The notes beneath the pieces are model-generated. The model made no database searches, had not been told where the DNA came from, and was given only the letters and a program-made list of their open reading frames with translations. DNA of 64,000 bases from a bacterium (GTDB lineage Bacteria; Zhuqueibacterota; Zhuqueibacteria; Zhuqueibacterales; Zhuqueibacteraceae), in contig JBIOXB010000223.1 of assembly GCA_044869275.1 (NCBI GenBank), forward strand, positions 64,001 through 128,000. Reading direction: 5' to 3'. Of this stretch, positions 28,652 through 40,188 are shown in pieces; the first letter of the stretch is position 1, and each line of letters begins with the position of its first letter. A program made the translations under genes and the position numbers.

Positions 28652-31600
28652 ATGATTCGCAAGCCAAATCTCTTTAGCAGATACCACTTTGAATCCGGGC
28701 CGCCGCCCATGAACCTGCATCTTCCTTTTGTCCTTTGCTCGAGCGGTATTTTTTATTGCGTCGCGTTGTCGGCCCAAACTTTTTCAACCGGCACCGGCGA
28801 GCAGCTTAAATTTGAGCATCTTTCGGTGGAGCAAGGACTTTCACAAAACACGGTGCAGTGTGTCTTGCAAGATCGCCAAGGATTCATGTGGTTTGGCACG
28901 CAGGACGGGCTGAATAAGTATGATGGATTCGGTTTTGTGGTCTACAAACCCGATCCGCAGAGTCCTCTGAGCCTGAGCGACAATCGGATCGAGTCGCTCT
29001 ATGAAGACCGCGCGGGAGTGCTGTGGATTGGAACGCGAAACGGCGGGCTTAATCAATTCGATCCGGGAACAGAAACGTTCCGGCGTTATCAACACGACCC
29101 CCAAAATCTCCAAAGCTTGAGCAACAATAACATCATCTCCATTTACGAAGATCGTTCGGGAATGCTATGGATCGGAACCGAAAACGGACTCAATCAACTT
29201 GATCGTGCAACCAAAACATTCAGGCGTTATCAACACCAGCCCGAGAATCCGCACAGCCTGCCGCACAATGCGGCCAGCTCAATTTACGAAGACCAGGAGG
29301 GAGTGTTGTGGGTTGGTACCTGGGGTGGCGGGCTTTCTCATATGAGCCGGGAGGATCGGGCCACAGTTACGTTCCGGCATTTTCAGTATGATCCCGAAAA
29401 TCCTCAAAGCTTGAGCGACAATTGGGTAAGATCAATCTCTGAGGACAAAAACGGGGTGCTGTGGGTTGCTACTAAAAGCGGCTTGGCTTGCTTAACGCGA
29501 GAGAATCGAAAGGCGGGAACCTTCCAGCGTTATCAACGCAACCGCCAAAACCCCCTGCGCTTGAGTCACAATGACGTTTGGCCACTCTATATCGACCGGT
29601 CCGGCGTGCTCTGGATCGGAACGCATGGTGGGGGACTCAATCAGTTCGATCAAGCTGCTGGAACCTTCCGGCATTTTGGGCACGACTCGCAGAATTCTCA
29701 TAGCTTGAGTAGCGATGAAGTGTTCTCCATCTATGAAGATCAATCCGGGGAAATATGGATTGGCACCAGGGAGGGAGTCAATCGCTTCAATCGAACGCCA
29801 GAACCTTTCCGGCATTACCAGCACGACGCTAATAACCCTCGCAGCTTGAGCGACAATTCCATTTGGTCGATCCACGAAGACCACTCTGGCAGCGTCTGGA
29901 TTGGAACCTTGAGTGGCGGCCTCGATCAATTTGATCGCGCGACCGAAAGCTTCAGACACTATCAAAATGACCCGAATGATCCTTATAGCTTGAGCAACAA
30001 CTCGATCTGGGCTACCTATGAAGATCGCGCTGGAGAGATGTGGGTTGGTGCGCAAGGGGGGCTTTCACGCATGAGCTGGGATGGCCGCGGCCAAGCAAGA
30101 TTTCGGAACTATCAACATGATCCCCAGAATTTCCAGAGCTTAAGTCATAACTGGGTCACCTCAATTTATGAAGACTCCGTTCAGCCGGGAGTGCTATGGA
30201 TTGGAACCTGGGGTGGCGGACTCAACCGCTTTGATCGCACCACCGGAACCTTCCGACATTTTCGACTCGATGCCAACGATCCGCGCAGCTTGAGCTCAAA
30301 TGCAGTCTGGTCGATTTATCACGATCAATCGGGAAGGTTATGGATTGCAACCGAGGCCGAGGGGCTTAATGAATTTGATCGCGCCACCGAAACCTTTCGG
30401 CGCTATCAACACGAACCCATGAATCCGAATAGCTTGAGTAGTAACTCGATCTGGTCAATTTATGAAGATCGCAATCGTGTGCTGTGGCTTGGTACCAGAG
30501 CGGGGCTCAATCAATTCGATCCCCGCAAGGAAACTTTCAAGCACTACCGGGAAAAAGACGGTTTGCCGAATGATGTGATCTACGGCATCTTGGAAGATGA
30601 TCACGGCAATCTCTGGCTGAGCACCAATAAAGGCCTATCCAGATTCAACCCCCAAACAGAGATTTTTCGAAACTTTGACGTGCGTGACGGGTTGCAGAGC
30701 AATGAGTTTAACGCGGATGCCGCTTTTCGCAGCCGCAACGGAGAAATGTTTTTTGGTGGAATCAATGGTTTCAATGTTTTTCATCCCGACAGCATCAAAG
30801 ACAATCCTTACGTTCCGCCCGTGGTCATCACCGGGCTGAAACGATACAACACCGACGTTCCGGAGGGCATTGCCCTCGCGGAAAAAGGCATGGCAGCAAG
30901 ATCAGGCATCGAGCTTTCCTATAAAGACGAAATTCTTGTCTTCGAGGTGGCGGCGCTCAATTATCGCAACAGCGCAAAGAATCAATATGCCTATAAATTG
31001 GAAGGATTGCACGACCGGTGGATTCAGCTTGGCACCAAGCGTGAGATCACTTTCACCAATCTCGATCCCCGCGAGTACACGTTGCGAGTGAAAGGCTCCA
31101 ACAACGATGGCGTTTGGAATGAAGAGGGCACGTCGCTCAAAATCACCATTACGCCGCCCTGGTGGCGAACGCGCTGGGCGTATGCGCTGTATGGGTTGCT
31201 GTTGATCGCCGGCATTTTCGCCACGGATCGGATGATGCGCCGGCGGCTGCTGGCTAAAGAACGGGCGCACGCGCAAATCCGTGAGGCCGAGCTGCGTGCG
31301 CGCGCGGCGGAGGCGCAAATCCAGGTGGTCGAGACCCAGGCGAAAGTCCTGCAAGCAGAGAATGAACGCAAGGAATCGGAATTGCAGAGGGCGGCCGAAC
31401 TTAAATCGGCTTATGAGGCTTTGGGAAAGGCTCATGAGCACTTGCAAAACACGCAGCAGCAGCTTATCACCCAGGCAAAATTGGCTTCGCTGGGCCAGCT
31501 CACCGCCGGAGTCGCACACGAGATCAAGAACCCCTTGAACTTTGTGAATAATTTTGCCGCGCTGTCGGTGGATTTGGCCAAGGAGCTGCGGCAGGAGATA

Positions 31601-32317
31601 ACGAAGATCGAGGATGGTGGAGCGAGGATCGTGGATCGTGAAAGCTTTGCAAACGTCGAGGGGATTTTAGAGGTGCTGATTCAAAACGCTGAGAAGATCA
31701 ATCATCACGGCAAGCGCGCGGATAACATTGTGAAGAGCATGATGCAGCATGCGCGTGGCGCGTCGCAAGAACGTGAGCTGTCGGATATCAATCAATTGTT
31801 GGACGAAGCGGTAAATTTAGTGTATCACGGCCTGCGCGCTCAGGATAGATCCTTCAATGTTTCGATCGAAAGAGCCTACGATGCCAACTTGAGCAAGCTC
31901 AGCGTCGTGCCGCAGGGCATCAGCCGCGTGTTTTTGAATATGATCAACAATGCGTGCTACGCGGCGCACCAAAAGGCGAAGGAGAGAACGGGTGACAGGG
32001 AGAACGGGAGAAACGGAGAGGGAAATTTTCCTCCCATTCCCCCATTCTCTCCAACGCTTGCAGTAGCAACAAAAAACTTGGGCGACCAAATCGAAATCCG
32101 TATCCGTGATAACGGGGGCGGCATTCCGCCAGATATTCGTGAGAAAATTTTTGATCCTTTTTTCACCACGAAACCCACCGGGCAGGGCACGGGCTTGGGC
32201 TTGTCGATCAGTCATGATATTGTCGTTTTGGAGCATAATGGCGAGATTAAAGTAGCAACGGAAGAAGGAAAGTTCACAGAGTTCATAATCCTGCTGCCGC
32301 TGAGCGCAAGGCTGTGA
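28652..32317 (+). CDS. Sensor histidine kinase HK4: beta-propeller, Y_Y_Y, TM, coiled coil, HisKA, HATPase_c (start may be 28709)
   Basis: [13 protein letters not shown], many YEDRxGxLWIGT blades, [24 protein letters not shown] boxes. Confidence 0.95.
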   Translation: MIRKPNLFSRYHFESGPPPMNLHLPFVLCSSGIFYCVALSAQTFSTGTGEQLKFEHLSVEQGLSQNTVQCVLQDRQGFMWFGTQDGLNKYDGFGFVVYKPDPQSPLSLSDNRIESLYEDRAGVLWIGTRNGGLNQFDPGTETFRRYQHDPQNLQSLSNNNIISIYEDRSGMLWIGTENGLNQLDRATKTFRRYQHQPENPHSLPHNAASSIYEDQEGVLWVGTWGGGLSHMSREDRATVTFRHFQYDPENPQSLSDNWVRSISEDKNGVLWVATKSGLACLTRENRKAGTFQRYQRNRQNPLRLSHNDVWPLYIDRSGVLWIGTHGGGLNQFDQAAGTFRHFGHDSQNSHSLSSDEVFSIYEDQSGEIWIGTREGVNRFNRTPEPFRHYQHDANNPRSLSDNSIWSIHEDHSGSVWIGTLSGGLDQFDRATESFRHYQNDPNDPYSLSNNSIWATYEDRAGEMWVGAQGGLSRMSWDGRGQARFRNYQHDPQNFQSLSHNWVTSIYEDSVQPGVLWIGTWGGGLNRFDRTTGTFRHFRLDANDPRSLSSNAVWSIYHDQSGRLWIATEAEGLNEFDRATETFRRYQHEPMNPNSLSSNSIWSIYEDRNRVLWLGTRAGLNQFDPRKETFKHYREKDGLPNDVIYGILEDDHGNLWLSTNKGLSRFNPQTEIFRNFDVRDGLQSNEFNADAAFRSRNGEMFFGGINGFNVFHPDSIKDNPYVPPVVITGLKRYNTDVPEGIALAEKGMAARSGIELSYKDEILVFEVAALNYRNSAKNQYAYKLEGLHDRWIQLGTKREITFTNLDPREYTLRVKGSNNDGVWNEEGTSLKITITPPWWRTRWAYALYGLLLIAGIFATDRMMRRRLLAKERAHAQIREAELRARAAEAQIQVVETQAKVLQAENERKESELQRAAELKSAYEALGKAHEHLQNTQQQLITQAKLASLGQLTAGVAHEIKNPLNFVNNFAALSVDLAKELRQEITKIEDGGARIVDRESFANVEGILEVLIQNAEKINHHGKRADNIVKSMMQHARGASQERELSDINQLLDEAVNLVYHGLRAQDRSFNVSIERAYDANLSKLSVVPQGISRVFLNMINNACYAAHQKAKERTGDRENGRNGEGNFPPIPPFSPTLAVATKNLGDQIEIRIRDNGGGIPPDIREKIFDPFFTTKPTGQGTGLGLSISHDIVVLEHNGEIKVATEEGKFTEFIILLPLSARL

Positions 32318-32631
32318 CGGATGAAGCCGGCCGCGCCCATTCACTCTCACTCCCTCCCACACTTTCATGCACGCCGCTGCTTACAGTGCGCACAGTCTAT
32401 CTCAACGTACAAACCGGAATCCGCATTCGTGACAGTGGCAACGGCATTCCCCGGGACATTCGCGACAAAATCTTCAATCCTTTTTTCACCACCAAACCGA
32501 CGGGGCAAGGCACAGGCTTGGGCTTGTCGATCAGCTATCACATCATCGTGCAGGAGCACAAAGGGGAAATTGGGATGGAATCAGAGGAGGAAAAATTCAC
32601 GGAGTTTGTAATTGACCTGCAAAAGCCCTAA
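32314..32631 (+). pseudogene. Orphan C-terminal half of a HATPase_c domain (kinase remnant)
   Basis: [11 protein letters not shown]...[18 protein letters not shown]; no H-box or N-box. Confidence 0.75.
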
Positions 32632-32726
32632 ATTGCGGGCCGCGGGACCAAAATCTTGCGGCGCCGGGGCGGGAAAACAAGCCATGGGGTATCGGCAGTT
32701 TATGAATGAGAGGAATGTAAACGACG

Positions 32727-33101
32727 ATGAGCATGAAGATTATGGTGGTTGATGACGAGCAAGACGTGCAAGTGCTTTTTCAACAACGCTTCCGCAAGGA
32801 GGTGAAAGCCGGCCAGCTTGAATTTCAGTTTGCGCTCTCCGGAGAGGCGGCATGGACTTTTTTGGAACAGCAAGCTCCCTCGGAGGCCTTTTTGATTCTT
32901 TCCGATATCAACATGCCGGGCATGAACGGCTTGGAATTGTTGAAGCGCATCAAAGCGAAATATTCTCATTTAAAGGTGTTCATGATTACGGCTTACGGTG
33001 ACGAGAATTATTACCGCACGGCCATCGCCAGCGGCGCCGACGGCTATGCCACCAAGCCGATCAATTTCGACGAATTGAAGAAAAACATCCTTCATCTGTG
33101 A
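32727..33101 (+). CDS. Single-domain response regulator (REC)
   Basis: KIMVVDDE, SDINMPGMNG, ITAYG, TKP. Confidence 0.93.
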   Translation: MSMKIMVVDDEQDVQVLFQQRFRKEVKAGQLEFQFALSGEAAWTFLEQQAPSEAFLILSDINMPGMNGLELLKRIKAKYSHLKVFMITAYGDENYYRTAIASGADGYATKPINFDELKKNILHL

Positions 33102-33110
33102 GACCAGCCC

Positions 33111-34262
33111 ATGCCAACCAAGATCCTCGTTGTGGACGACGAACCCGATTTGGAGCTGCTCATCAGCCAGAAATTTCGCAAGCCGGTGCGCGAGGGTGAG
33201 TTGGTTTTTGTCTTTGCGCAGAACGGCATCGAGGCTTTGCAAAAGCTGGAGCAAGACAGCGAGCTGGACGTGGTGCTCACCGACATCAATATGCCGGAGA
33301 TGGACGGCCTGGCGCTGCTGGCGAAGATCAACGTGCTTTACCCCCTGGTCAAATCCGTCATCGTCTCGGCCTACGGCGACATGGCGAACATCCGCACGGC
33401 GCTCAACCGCGGCGCGTTCGATTTCGTCACCAAGCCGATTGATTTCGGCGATCTCGAAATCACTCTCAATAAAACCATTCAAGAAGCGCGCGTGCGCAAA
33501 CAAGCGGCGAAAGATCACGATCGCTTGGTGGCGTTGCAACGGGAATTGGACGTCGCCCGCCGGATTCAGCAATCCATTTTGCCGCGCACTTTTCCGCAGC
33601 TTCAGAATTTCGCGCTTTGCGCGGAAATGATTACGGCCAAGGAAGTGGGCGGAGATCTGTACGATTTTTTTATGATTGATGACGATCGTCTGGGGTTCAT
33701 GATCGGCGATGCCTCGGGCAAAGGCGTGCCGGCGGCATTGTTCATGGCTGTGAGCCGCACGCTGCTGCGCTCGACCGCGCTGCGCGGTGCCTCCCCCGAC
33801 GAATGCTTGCAGCAAGTCAACGCCTTGCTGCATGCGAACAGCGATCACGAAACGTTCATTACGCTCTTTTACGCCATCTTGGACACGCGCAACGGTGAAA
33901 TCGCCTATTGCAACGCCGGCCACAATCCGCCCTATCTTTTGCGGCGCAGCGGCGACCTCGAAAGCGTGACGGCGGCGGGCGGACTGATGCTGGGCCTGTT
34001 TGGACATGCCACCTATCAGATCGGCAAGCTCACGCTGCAGCCCGGCGATCGCTTGATCATGTTCACGGATGGCGTGACCGAAGCAAAAAACCCCGCACAG
34101 GATGATTTTACCGAAGCGCGCCTGGAAGAATTTTTGCGGCGCGCGCCAGGAACTGCATTGCCGCAATTGATCTCCGGCATGATCAGTGAAGTGCAAGCTT
34201 TCGCCGGCGGTGCGCCGCAGGCCGATGATCTGACGGTCTTGGCGCTGGGCCACACGGGGTGA
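33111..34262 (+). CDS. REC-SpoIIE (PP2C) phosphatase, paralog of 11633-12793
   Basis: Same REC; EVGGDLYD, IGDASGKG, FTDGVTEA, ADDLT. Confidence 0.93.
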   Translation: MPTKILVVDDEPDLELLISQKFRKPVREGELVFVFAQNGIEALQKLEQDSELDVVLTDINMPEMDGLALLAKINVLYPLVKSVIVSAYGDMANIRTALNRGAFDFVTKPIDFGDLEITLNKTIQEARVRKQAAKDHDRLVALQRELDVARRIQQSILPRTFPQLQNFALCAEMITAKEVGGDLYDFFMIDDDRLGFMIGDASGKGVPAALFMAVSRTLLRSTALRGASPDECLQQVNALLHANSDHETFITLFYAILDTRNGEIAYCNAGHNPPYLLRRSGDLESVTAAGGLMLGLFGHATYQIGKLTLQPGDRLIMFTDGVTEAKNPAQDDFTEARLEEFLRRAPGTALPQLISGMISEVQAFAGGAPQADDLTVLALGHTG

Positions 34263-34299
34263 GACGAATTGGCGTAATCACATCGTTAAATTCTGCCAT

Positions 34300-37200
34300 A
34301 TGCTGACGCGGAATCATCTCTCTGTATTAATCCTGTTGGTGTGTTGCGCCCAGACCGTGCCCGCCCGGGCACAGAGTAGCTTGGCATCCACTCCGGGCCG
34401 AGAGGCGCGGAATGCGGAGATCGGCATTCCCTACTTAAAGAATTTTAGCCCCAAGGACTATAATGCTGACGCGCAGAATTGGGCGATCGTACAAGATCGG
34501 CGCGGCGTCATGTACTTCGGCAATAACAGCGGTGTATTGGAATATGATGGTGTGTCGTGGCGTGCGATTCCTGTGGCCAATGGCAGCGCGGTGCGAGCGT
34601 TGGCATTGGATGGCGATGGCAGAATTTATGTCGGCGCGCAAGGGGAATTCGGATATTTGGCGCCAGCGCAAGAAGACAACAGAACGGGGCAAGTGCAATA
34701 CGTCTCTCTGCGTGACAGTGTGCCGGCGGAGTACCGCGATTTCGCGGATATCGCCAAGTGCTATGTGACTTCGAGTGGTGTTTATTTTCAAGCCCTCGAT
34801 CGTTTATTCCTGTGGCCGCGCCACGGCAGTACGCGAGTTTGGAAGCCGGAGATGCCGTTTCATCTTTCGTTTGTCGTGCGTGACCACTTCTACATTCGCC
34901 AACCGGGCGTCGGCCTTTTGCAAATGCTGGGAGATTCACTGCAATTAGCGCCCGATGGTGAAAAGTTCGCGCACGTGCGCATTTATTTCATGGCGCCAGC
35001 GGGCGATGATAAAATTATGATCGGCACACGCGAGCAAGGGTTGTTCTGGTATGACGGCGCCGTGGCGCGACCCTTTGCCACGGAAGTTGATGCGTTTCTG
35101 CTCGAGCATCAAATTTATCACGGTGAGGGATTGCCCAATGGCGACTTCGCTCTGGGGACACTTCGGGGCGGCGCCGCCATCATTGCACAGGATGGCAAGT
35201 TGCGACAACTCTTGAATAAAACGGCCGGAATTCAGGACGAGGTCGTCAGATTCGTTTATACGGATCGCCAAGACGGCCTGTGGCTGGCATTAGATAATGG
35301 CATTACGCGCGCGGAAGCGCTCGGCCTGCTCTCTCATTTTGACGAACGCGCGGGCGTCGTCGGTAGTGTCCAATCAATTCTGCGCCACAAAGGACGATTA
35401 TATGTTGCAACTGGCAGCGGCGTGTCTTATTTGCAACCATCCACAGCCGAAAGGGATCGGGCAATTTTGCCATTGCCGGTGTTCAAGCCCGTCATGGGGA
35501 TTATCGGAGAGAGTTGGAATCTTCTCTCCGCCGGCGAGGCTTTACTGGCCGCGGTAAACGACGGCGTTTATCAAATTCATGGCGAGCAAGCTGAACTCAT
35601 CAGAAGCTGGGATGAACATTCCTTGGCGCTCTATTGCTCTAAGATCGATACGGCTCGCGTCTACGTGGGCCTGAGAGACGGTCTCGCCGCCATGCGCCGC
35701 TCCGGTACTCAATGGAGCGATGAAGGCAAAATCACCGGAGTTGATGAAGAGATTCGCAGTATTTTGGAAACGCCCGGAGGCCTGTTGTGGCTGGGAACGC
35801 GTTCGCAGGGATATATTCGGGTTGACTTCTCGGCGGGATTCGTCAAAAATCCAAAAATCGAAAGATATGATTCCCGACACGGGTTGCCCAAAAAGTTAGG
35901 ATTGGTTACTGCGTTTGCGCTGGGGGATCGTGAAGTGTTTGCTACCGAAGGAGGAATTTATAGCTTCGATCAAAAGACCAATCGCTTTTTCCCTGATTCG
36001 ACATTCGCGGTTGCTCAAGGCAATGAGACGGAGAAAACAGGCGAAGTGGTGCCGGACCAGGCTGGTAATATATGGATGCAATTGGCCAAAAAAAGAAAGG
36101 AAATCGGTCTGGCAAAACGCCACCCAGATGGCGCTTACGATTGGCAATCGGCCCCGTTAAACCCCTTCGCGGATTTTGCGGTTTGGGATATCTGTCCGGA
36201 AGGAAGCGGGGTGATTTGGTTCGGCGGCCCGGACGGTTTGATTCGATATGATGCCAATATTGAAAAGGACTATGCGGTTGATTTTACCGCTCTCATACGC
36301 AAGGTGATGACCATCAAAAGCGACTCGCTGCTTTACGATGGCGAGAGCGCAATGCAAAGCGGCACCGCCTTTTTCCCTATTTTGGACCATGACGATAACA
36401 GCTTACGGTTTGAATTTGCCGCAGCGAGCTATGACGGCGAAGCCGGCAATCAATTTCAATATTTTTTGGAAGGCTTCGATGCAAACTGGTCGGAGTGGAC
36501 GAGGGAAACCAAAAAAGACTATACCAACATCTTTGAAGGCAGATATCGTTTTCGGGTTCGTGCTAAGAATATCTATGATTATTTGAGTGCGGAAGCCATT
36601 TATTCATTCAAAATCCTGCCGCCCTGGTATCGTGCGTGGTGGGCTTATATTTTTTATGCCGGCGCGATTGGGTTCGCTATTTATAGCTTCATTAGATATC
36701 GCACCCGCCAGCTCGTGCAGCGCAGCCGCACGCTCGAAAAGACCGTGCAGCAACGCACCGAGGAAATTCGGCAGCAAGCGGAGGAATTGGAAACGCTCGA
36801 CGGCATCGTAAGAAATATCAATCAGGAAGTCGTTCTTGAAAGTGTGTTGCGTTCGTTGCTGGAGCAAGGCTTGAAGCTATTCCCGCAGGCGGAAAAAGCT
36901 TCTGTGCTGCTTTATGATCACGCCAGCGGCCGGTTCGAGTTTGCCGCGGCTGCCGGCTATGATCTGGGCTTGCTGAAGAATATTTCCTTCAGCCCGGAGC
37001 AGCTCGCCAGCCGTTACACGATGAGCTCGGAGGAAGTGGGTGAGGGCGTTTATATCGTGCGCAATTTGCAGAATCTTTATATTGAGGAAGAACGAAACGC
37101 CGTTTCCCGGCTGATATCGGTGCTGGCGATGACGGTCGTTCGAGAAGGCAAAACCGAGGCTTATTTGGTGTTTGATAATCTGTCGAGCGCCGAGGCCTTT

Positions 37201-38139
37201 AGCCATTCTGATGCACGAAAGCTCAGCCGCTTCCGCAGCCATGCTATTTCGGCGATGGTCAAGGCGAAAATCTTGCAGGAGCTGCAAGAGAAAAATGTGG
37301 AAATTATCCGGACGCAGCAGCAGCTGGTCATGCAGGAAAAACTGGCTTCGCTCGGCGCGCTGACCGCGGGTATTGCGCATGAGATCAAAAACCCATTGAA
37401 CTTTGTCAATAATTTTGCCGAGTTGTCGGTGGAATTGGTGCATGAATTGTGTGAAGAAATCGAGCAGCAAACCGGCAAAATCGAGTCCCGCGCCGCAGCG
37501 GCCATTGCTGACACATTGCGCACCCTGCAACAAAACGCGCAGAAGATCAACGAGCATGGCAAGCGCGCCGACAGCATCGTGCGCGGCATGCTTCAGCATT
37601 CGCGGACGCAAGCCGGTGAGCGCGAAGGCGCGGATATCAACGCCCTGGTGCAACAAGCGGTCAATCTATCCTATCATGGCATGCGGGCACAAGAGGCGGG
37701 GTTCAATATTTCCATTCAAGAAAACTATGACGCCGCCGTGGGAATCATAGAAGCAATGCCGCAAGATTTAAGCCGGGTGTTCTTGAATATCATCAACAAC
37801 GCCTGTTATGCCGCGCAGCAAAAAAAGAAAAAACTGGAAGGCACTCCCTTGAGCCTGGCGCGGGAGGCGTTCGCCCCCACCTTGAGCGTGCGCACGAAAA
37901 GCCTGGGGGATAAAGTGGAAATTCGCATTCGAGACAACGGCGACGGCATTCCTGGCGAAGTGCGCAACAAGATTTTCAATCCTTTCTTCACCACCAAACC
38001 CACCGGGCAGGGCACTGGGTTGGGGCTGTCCATCAGCTACGACATCATTCAGCAACACGGCGGTGAGATCAGCGTTGAAACAGAAGAAGGAAACTACACG
38101 GAGTTCATCCTCCATTTGCCAACGAATGGAAAACGCTAG
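34300..38139 (+). CDS. Sensor histidine kinase HK5: beta-propeller, Y_Y_Y, TM, GAF-like, HisKA, HATPase_c
   Basis: Paralog of HK3 with an extra GAF-like segment (ASVLLYD...YLVFDN...FSHSD); H/N/G boxes. Confidence 0.93.
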   Translation: MLTRNHLSVLILLVCCAQTVPARAQSSLASTPGREARNAEIGIPYLKNFSPKDYNADAQNWAIVQDRRGVMYFGNNSGVLEYDGVSWRAIPVANGSAVRALALDGDGRIYVGAQGEFGYLAPAQEDNRTGQVQYVSLRDSVPAEYRDFADIAKCYVTSSGVYFQALDRLFLWPRHGSTRVWKPEMPFHLSFVVRDHFYIRQPGVGLLQMLGDSLQLAPDGEKFAHVRIYFMAPAGDDKIMIGTREQGLFWYDGAVARPFATEVDAFLLEHQIYHGEGLPNGDFALGTLRGGAAIIAQDGKLRQLLNKTAGIQDEVVRFVYTDRQDGLWLALDNGITRAEALGLLSHFDERAGVVGSVQSILRHKGRLYVATGSGVSYLQPSTAERDRAILPLPVFKPVMGIIGESWNLLSAGEALLAAVNDGVYQIHGEQAELIRSWDEHSLALYCSKIDTARVYVGLRDGLAAMRRSGTQWSDEGKITGVDEEIRSILETPGGLLWLGTRSQGYIRVDFSAGFVKNPKIERYDSRHGLPKKLGLVTAFALGDREVFATEGGIYSFDQKTNRFFPDSTFAVAQGNETEKTGEVVPDQAGNIWMQLAKKRKEIGLAKRHPDGAYDWQSAPLNPFADFAVWDICPEGSGVIWFGGPDGLIRYDANIEKDYAVDFTALIRKVMTIKSDSLLYDGESAMQSGTAFFPILDHDDNSLRFEFAAASYDGEAGNQFQYFLEGFDANWSEWTRETKKDYTNIFEGRYRFRVRAKNIYDYLSAEAIYSFKILPPWYRAWWAYIFYAGAIGFAIYSFIRYRTRQLVQRSRTLEKTVQQRTEEIRQQAEELETLDGIVRNINQEVVLESVLRSLLEQGLKLFPQAEKASVLLYDHASGRFEFAAAAGYDLGLLKNISFSPEQLASRYTMSSEEVGEGVYIVRNLQNLYIEEERNAVSRLISVLAMTVVREGKTEAYLVFDNLSSAEAFSHSDARKLSRFRSHAISAMVKAKILQELQEKNVEIIRTQQQLVMQEKLASLGALTAGIAHEIKNPLNFVNNFAELSVELVHELCEEIEQQTGKIESRAAAAIADTLRTLQQNAQKINEHGKRADSIVRGMLQHSRTQAGEREGADINALVQQAVNLSYHGMRAQEAGFNISIQENYDAAVGIIEAMPQDLSRVFLNIINNACYAAQQKKKKLEGTPLSLAREAFAPTLSVRTKSLGDKVEIRIRDNGDGIPGEVRNKIFNPFFTTKPTGQGTGLGLSISYDIIQQHGGEISVETEEGNYTEFILHLPTNGKR

Positions 38140-38217
38140 ACCAAACGCCCTGCAGTCACTGTTTAGTGATCAGTAATTGGTGATCACTTACTGAATACTG
38201 TTCACTGATTCCCTCTT

Positions 38218-40074
38218 CTACTTCGTCAGTATCATCTTCTTCGTTTGCTCAAAGCCATTCACGCGCAATTTGTAGAAGTACATGCCGCTGGGCACCGCCT
38301 GGCCGCGCTGATCTTTGCCATCCCAATTTATCGCATGCGGACCGGCCGGCATCTCGCTCGTGATCAAAGTCCGTACTTCCTGGCCTTGTAGGTTGTAAAT
38401 CGACAGGCGCACGTCGCCGGCTTCTTTCAGGTCAAAGCGAATCGTGGTTGTGGGATTGAACGGGTTCGGATAATTCTGCTGCAACTGATAACTCGTCACT
38501 GACGACTGATCACTCGCTACTGCTTCCACGGACGGCGCCGGCTTGGTCAAATTCGCTGCGAAGGAGTGGGGGACGAAAACGGCGCCTTCGTCCACCGTCA
38601 CGGCGTTAGCCACCACCGCGCCTTTGAAGCGGCAATCCTCATTGAAATGAACTTCAGCATTGGGCGCATAAATCCAGCCCAAAATCAAAGCGCATTCCCC
38701 GATGTCGACGATCTTCCGCTGCAGAGTGACAAAACTGACTTGATGCGTTGCCGCCTGGCCGGAGGGTGTGATCACGATTTCAATCTCCTCGTCAAAAGCC
38801 AGTTTAGAGACAACGTTGACACTCACCGGGCCGTGGGAAACATCGATGGAAATGACAGCGCCTTTGTCCACGTCAAGTTCGTCGAGAAAGTATTCGCCAG
38901 AACGCAGGAATAACGTGCCGTGTTCTTTGACGCTCACCTCACCGTATGCGCCCGGTGGCAAGCTCAGTGTGCCGCGCTTGGGGATGGTCACCGCGGTGTT
39001 ACCAGCGGCAAAGGAAAATGTTGGCAATACCAGTGGCGCAGCCTGCGCTGCTGCTTGGGCTTGTCCACTGATACTGGCGTTGCCTTCGAGCCTGAGAGTG
39101 CCGCCGGCAAAAGCATCGCCCACGATCGCATTGTTTCTTTTGATCGTGATGTCGCCAACGGCTGTGAGGTTGCCGGTGTGCGTGCCGGGCTCGCCTTTGC
39201 CGAACGCGATTTTGCCATTGGAATGAAGGTCGCCAGCGGAGGTTTGGTTGCCGTCAATTTTCACCAGGCTGTCGGCGAGAAAAACAAAGCCGCGTGCAAT
39301 CGTCAAGCGTGAGAATCCGGGTACACCGCCTTTGGAGATCGTTTTCGTAGTAGCGTCGATTGTGCCGCCGAGAAATTCCCAAGTGGAGGCCGCGGCAATT
39401 TGAGTCAAGTTCTTGCCGCCGTTGGCTTGTGACAGCGCAACCGCATCATGGGATATAAAAAGCGCCAAGTCTGCTTCCGACACGTCGTCGAGCTCGGAGG
39501 CGTCGTAACGAAATTCAACAAAGGCGTTCAAGTTGCCATTATTGGTGGGCTGGACGTCGAAAAAACGCCGGCTGCTGAACGTGGCTGGCGTCAGTTGTTG
39601 CTGCTGATTGCCGCGCGCGATCGTGGTTTGGCCCAAACCGACGCTGGTTCGGATCGTCAAACCAAAGTTGCCGACGTTTTGCCCCGCGGTGAGATTGTTT
39701 AGCATGCGCGTGACGCTGATGCTCCCGCCGCCGCCGATGACGATGTTTCCGGGCGTTTCCTGCAAGGCCGCGAATTCCCCGAAAATGACGGTGTTGCCGT
39801 TCAAATTGAAATCGCCGTTCAAGGTCGCGAGCGTGCCCGTGATGGTAATGCTCTTGCTCAAAGTCACTCCCGCGGCATTGTTGACCGTCAGATCGTGCAC
39901 GACGTCGGGCAGTTCGTCGCCGGTAATGATCGGGGTCGTGCCTTCGTAGAGAATATCGTCCGAGCGGGAGGACACATAACCATCACCATTTCCGCCGCTG
40001 TATTGCGCTCGTGCCGGGTAGCTCATGAGCACCATGGTGGCCAGCAGGAGGAGAAGCTGGAATTTTGTTTTCAT
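38218..40074 (-). CDS. Secreted protein with C-terminal FlgD-Ig/T9SS-type sorting domain
   Basis: Signal peptide; YQLQQNYPNPFNPTTTIRF...WDGKD...SGMYFYKL...KKMIL. Confidence 0.85.
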   Translation of the reverse strand: MKTKFQLLLLLATMVLMSYPARAQYSGGNGDGYVSSRSDDILYEGTTPIITGDELPDVVHDLTVNNAAGVTLSKSITITGTLATLNGDFNLNGNTVIFGEFAALQETPGNIVIGGGGSISVTRMLNNLTAGQNVGNFGLTIRTSVGLGQTTIARGNQQQQLTPATFSSRRFFDVQPTNNGNLNAFVEFRYDASELDDVSEADLALFISHDAVALSQANGGKNLTQIAAASTWEFLGGTIDATTKTISKGGVPGFSRLTIARGFVFLADSLVKIDGNQTSAGDLHSNGKIAFGKGEPGTHTGNLTAVGDITIKRNNAIVGDAFAGGTLRLEGNASISGQAQAAAQAAPLVLPTFSFAAGNTAVTIPKRGTLSLPPGAYGEVSVKEHGTLFLRSGEYFLDELDVDKGAVISIDVSHGPVSVNVVSKLAFDEEIEIVITPSGQAATHQVSFVTLQRKIVDIGECALILGWIYAPNAEVHFNEDCRFKGAVVANAVTVDEGAVFVPHSFAANLTKPAPSVEAVASDQSSVTSYQLQQNYPNPFNPTTTIRFDLKEAGDVRLSIYNLQGQEVRTLITSEMPAGPHAINWDGKDQRGQAVPSGMYFYKLRVNGFEQTKKMILTK

Positions 40075-40188
40075 TTTATGTGATCTCCGGATTTTTCCAT
40101 TCATCATTCATCGTTCACAATTCACCATTGACCATTGGCCACTGACAATTGTGAATTGTCAATTGTCAATGATGAATGATTGTGCTCC

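Noticed and set aside
32970..34253. Long antisense ORFs (this 427-aa one, 18564-19913 and others)
   Set aside because: They are antisense shadows of well-supported GC-rich genes with no recognisable motifs.
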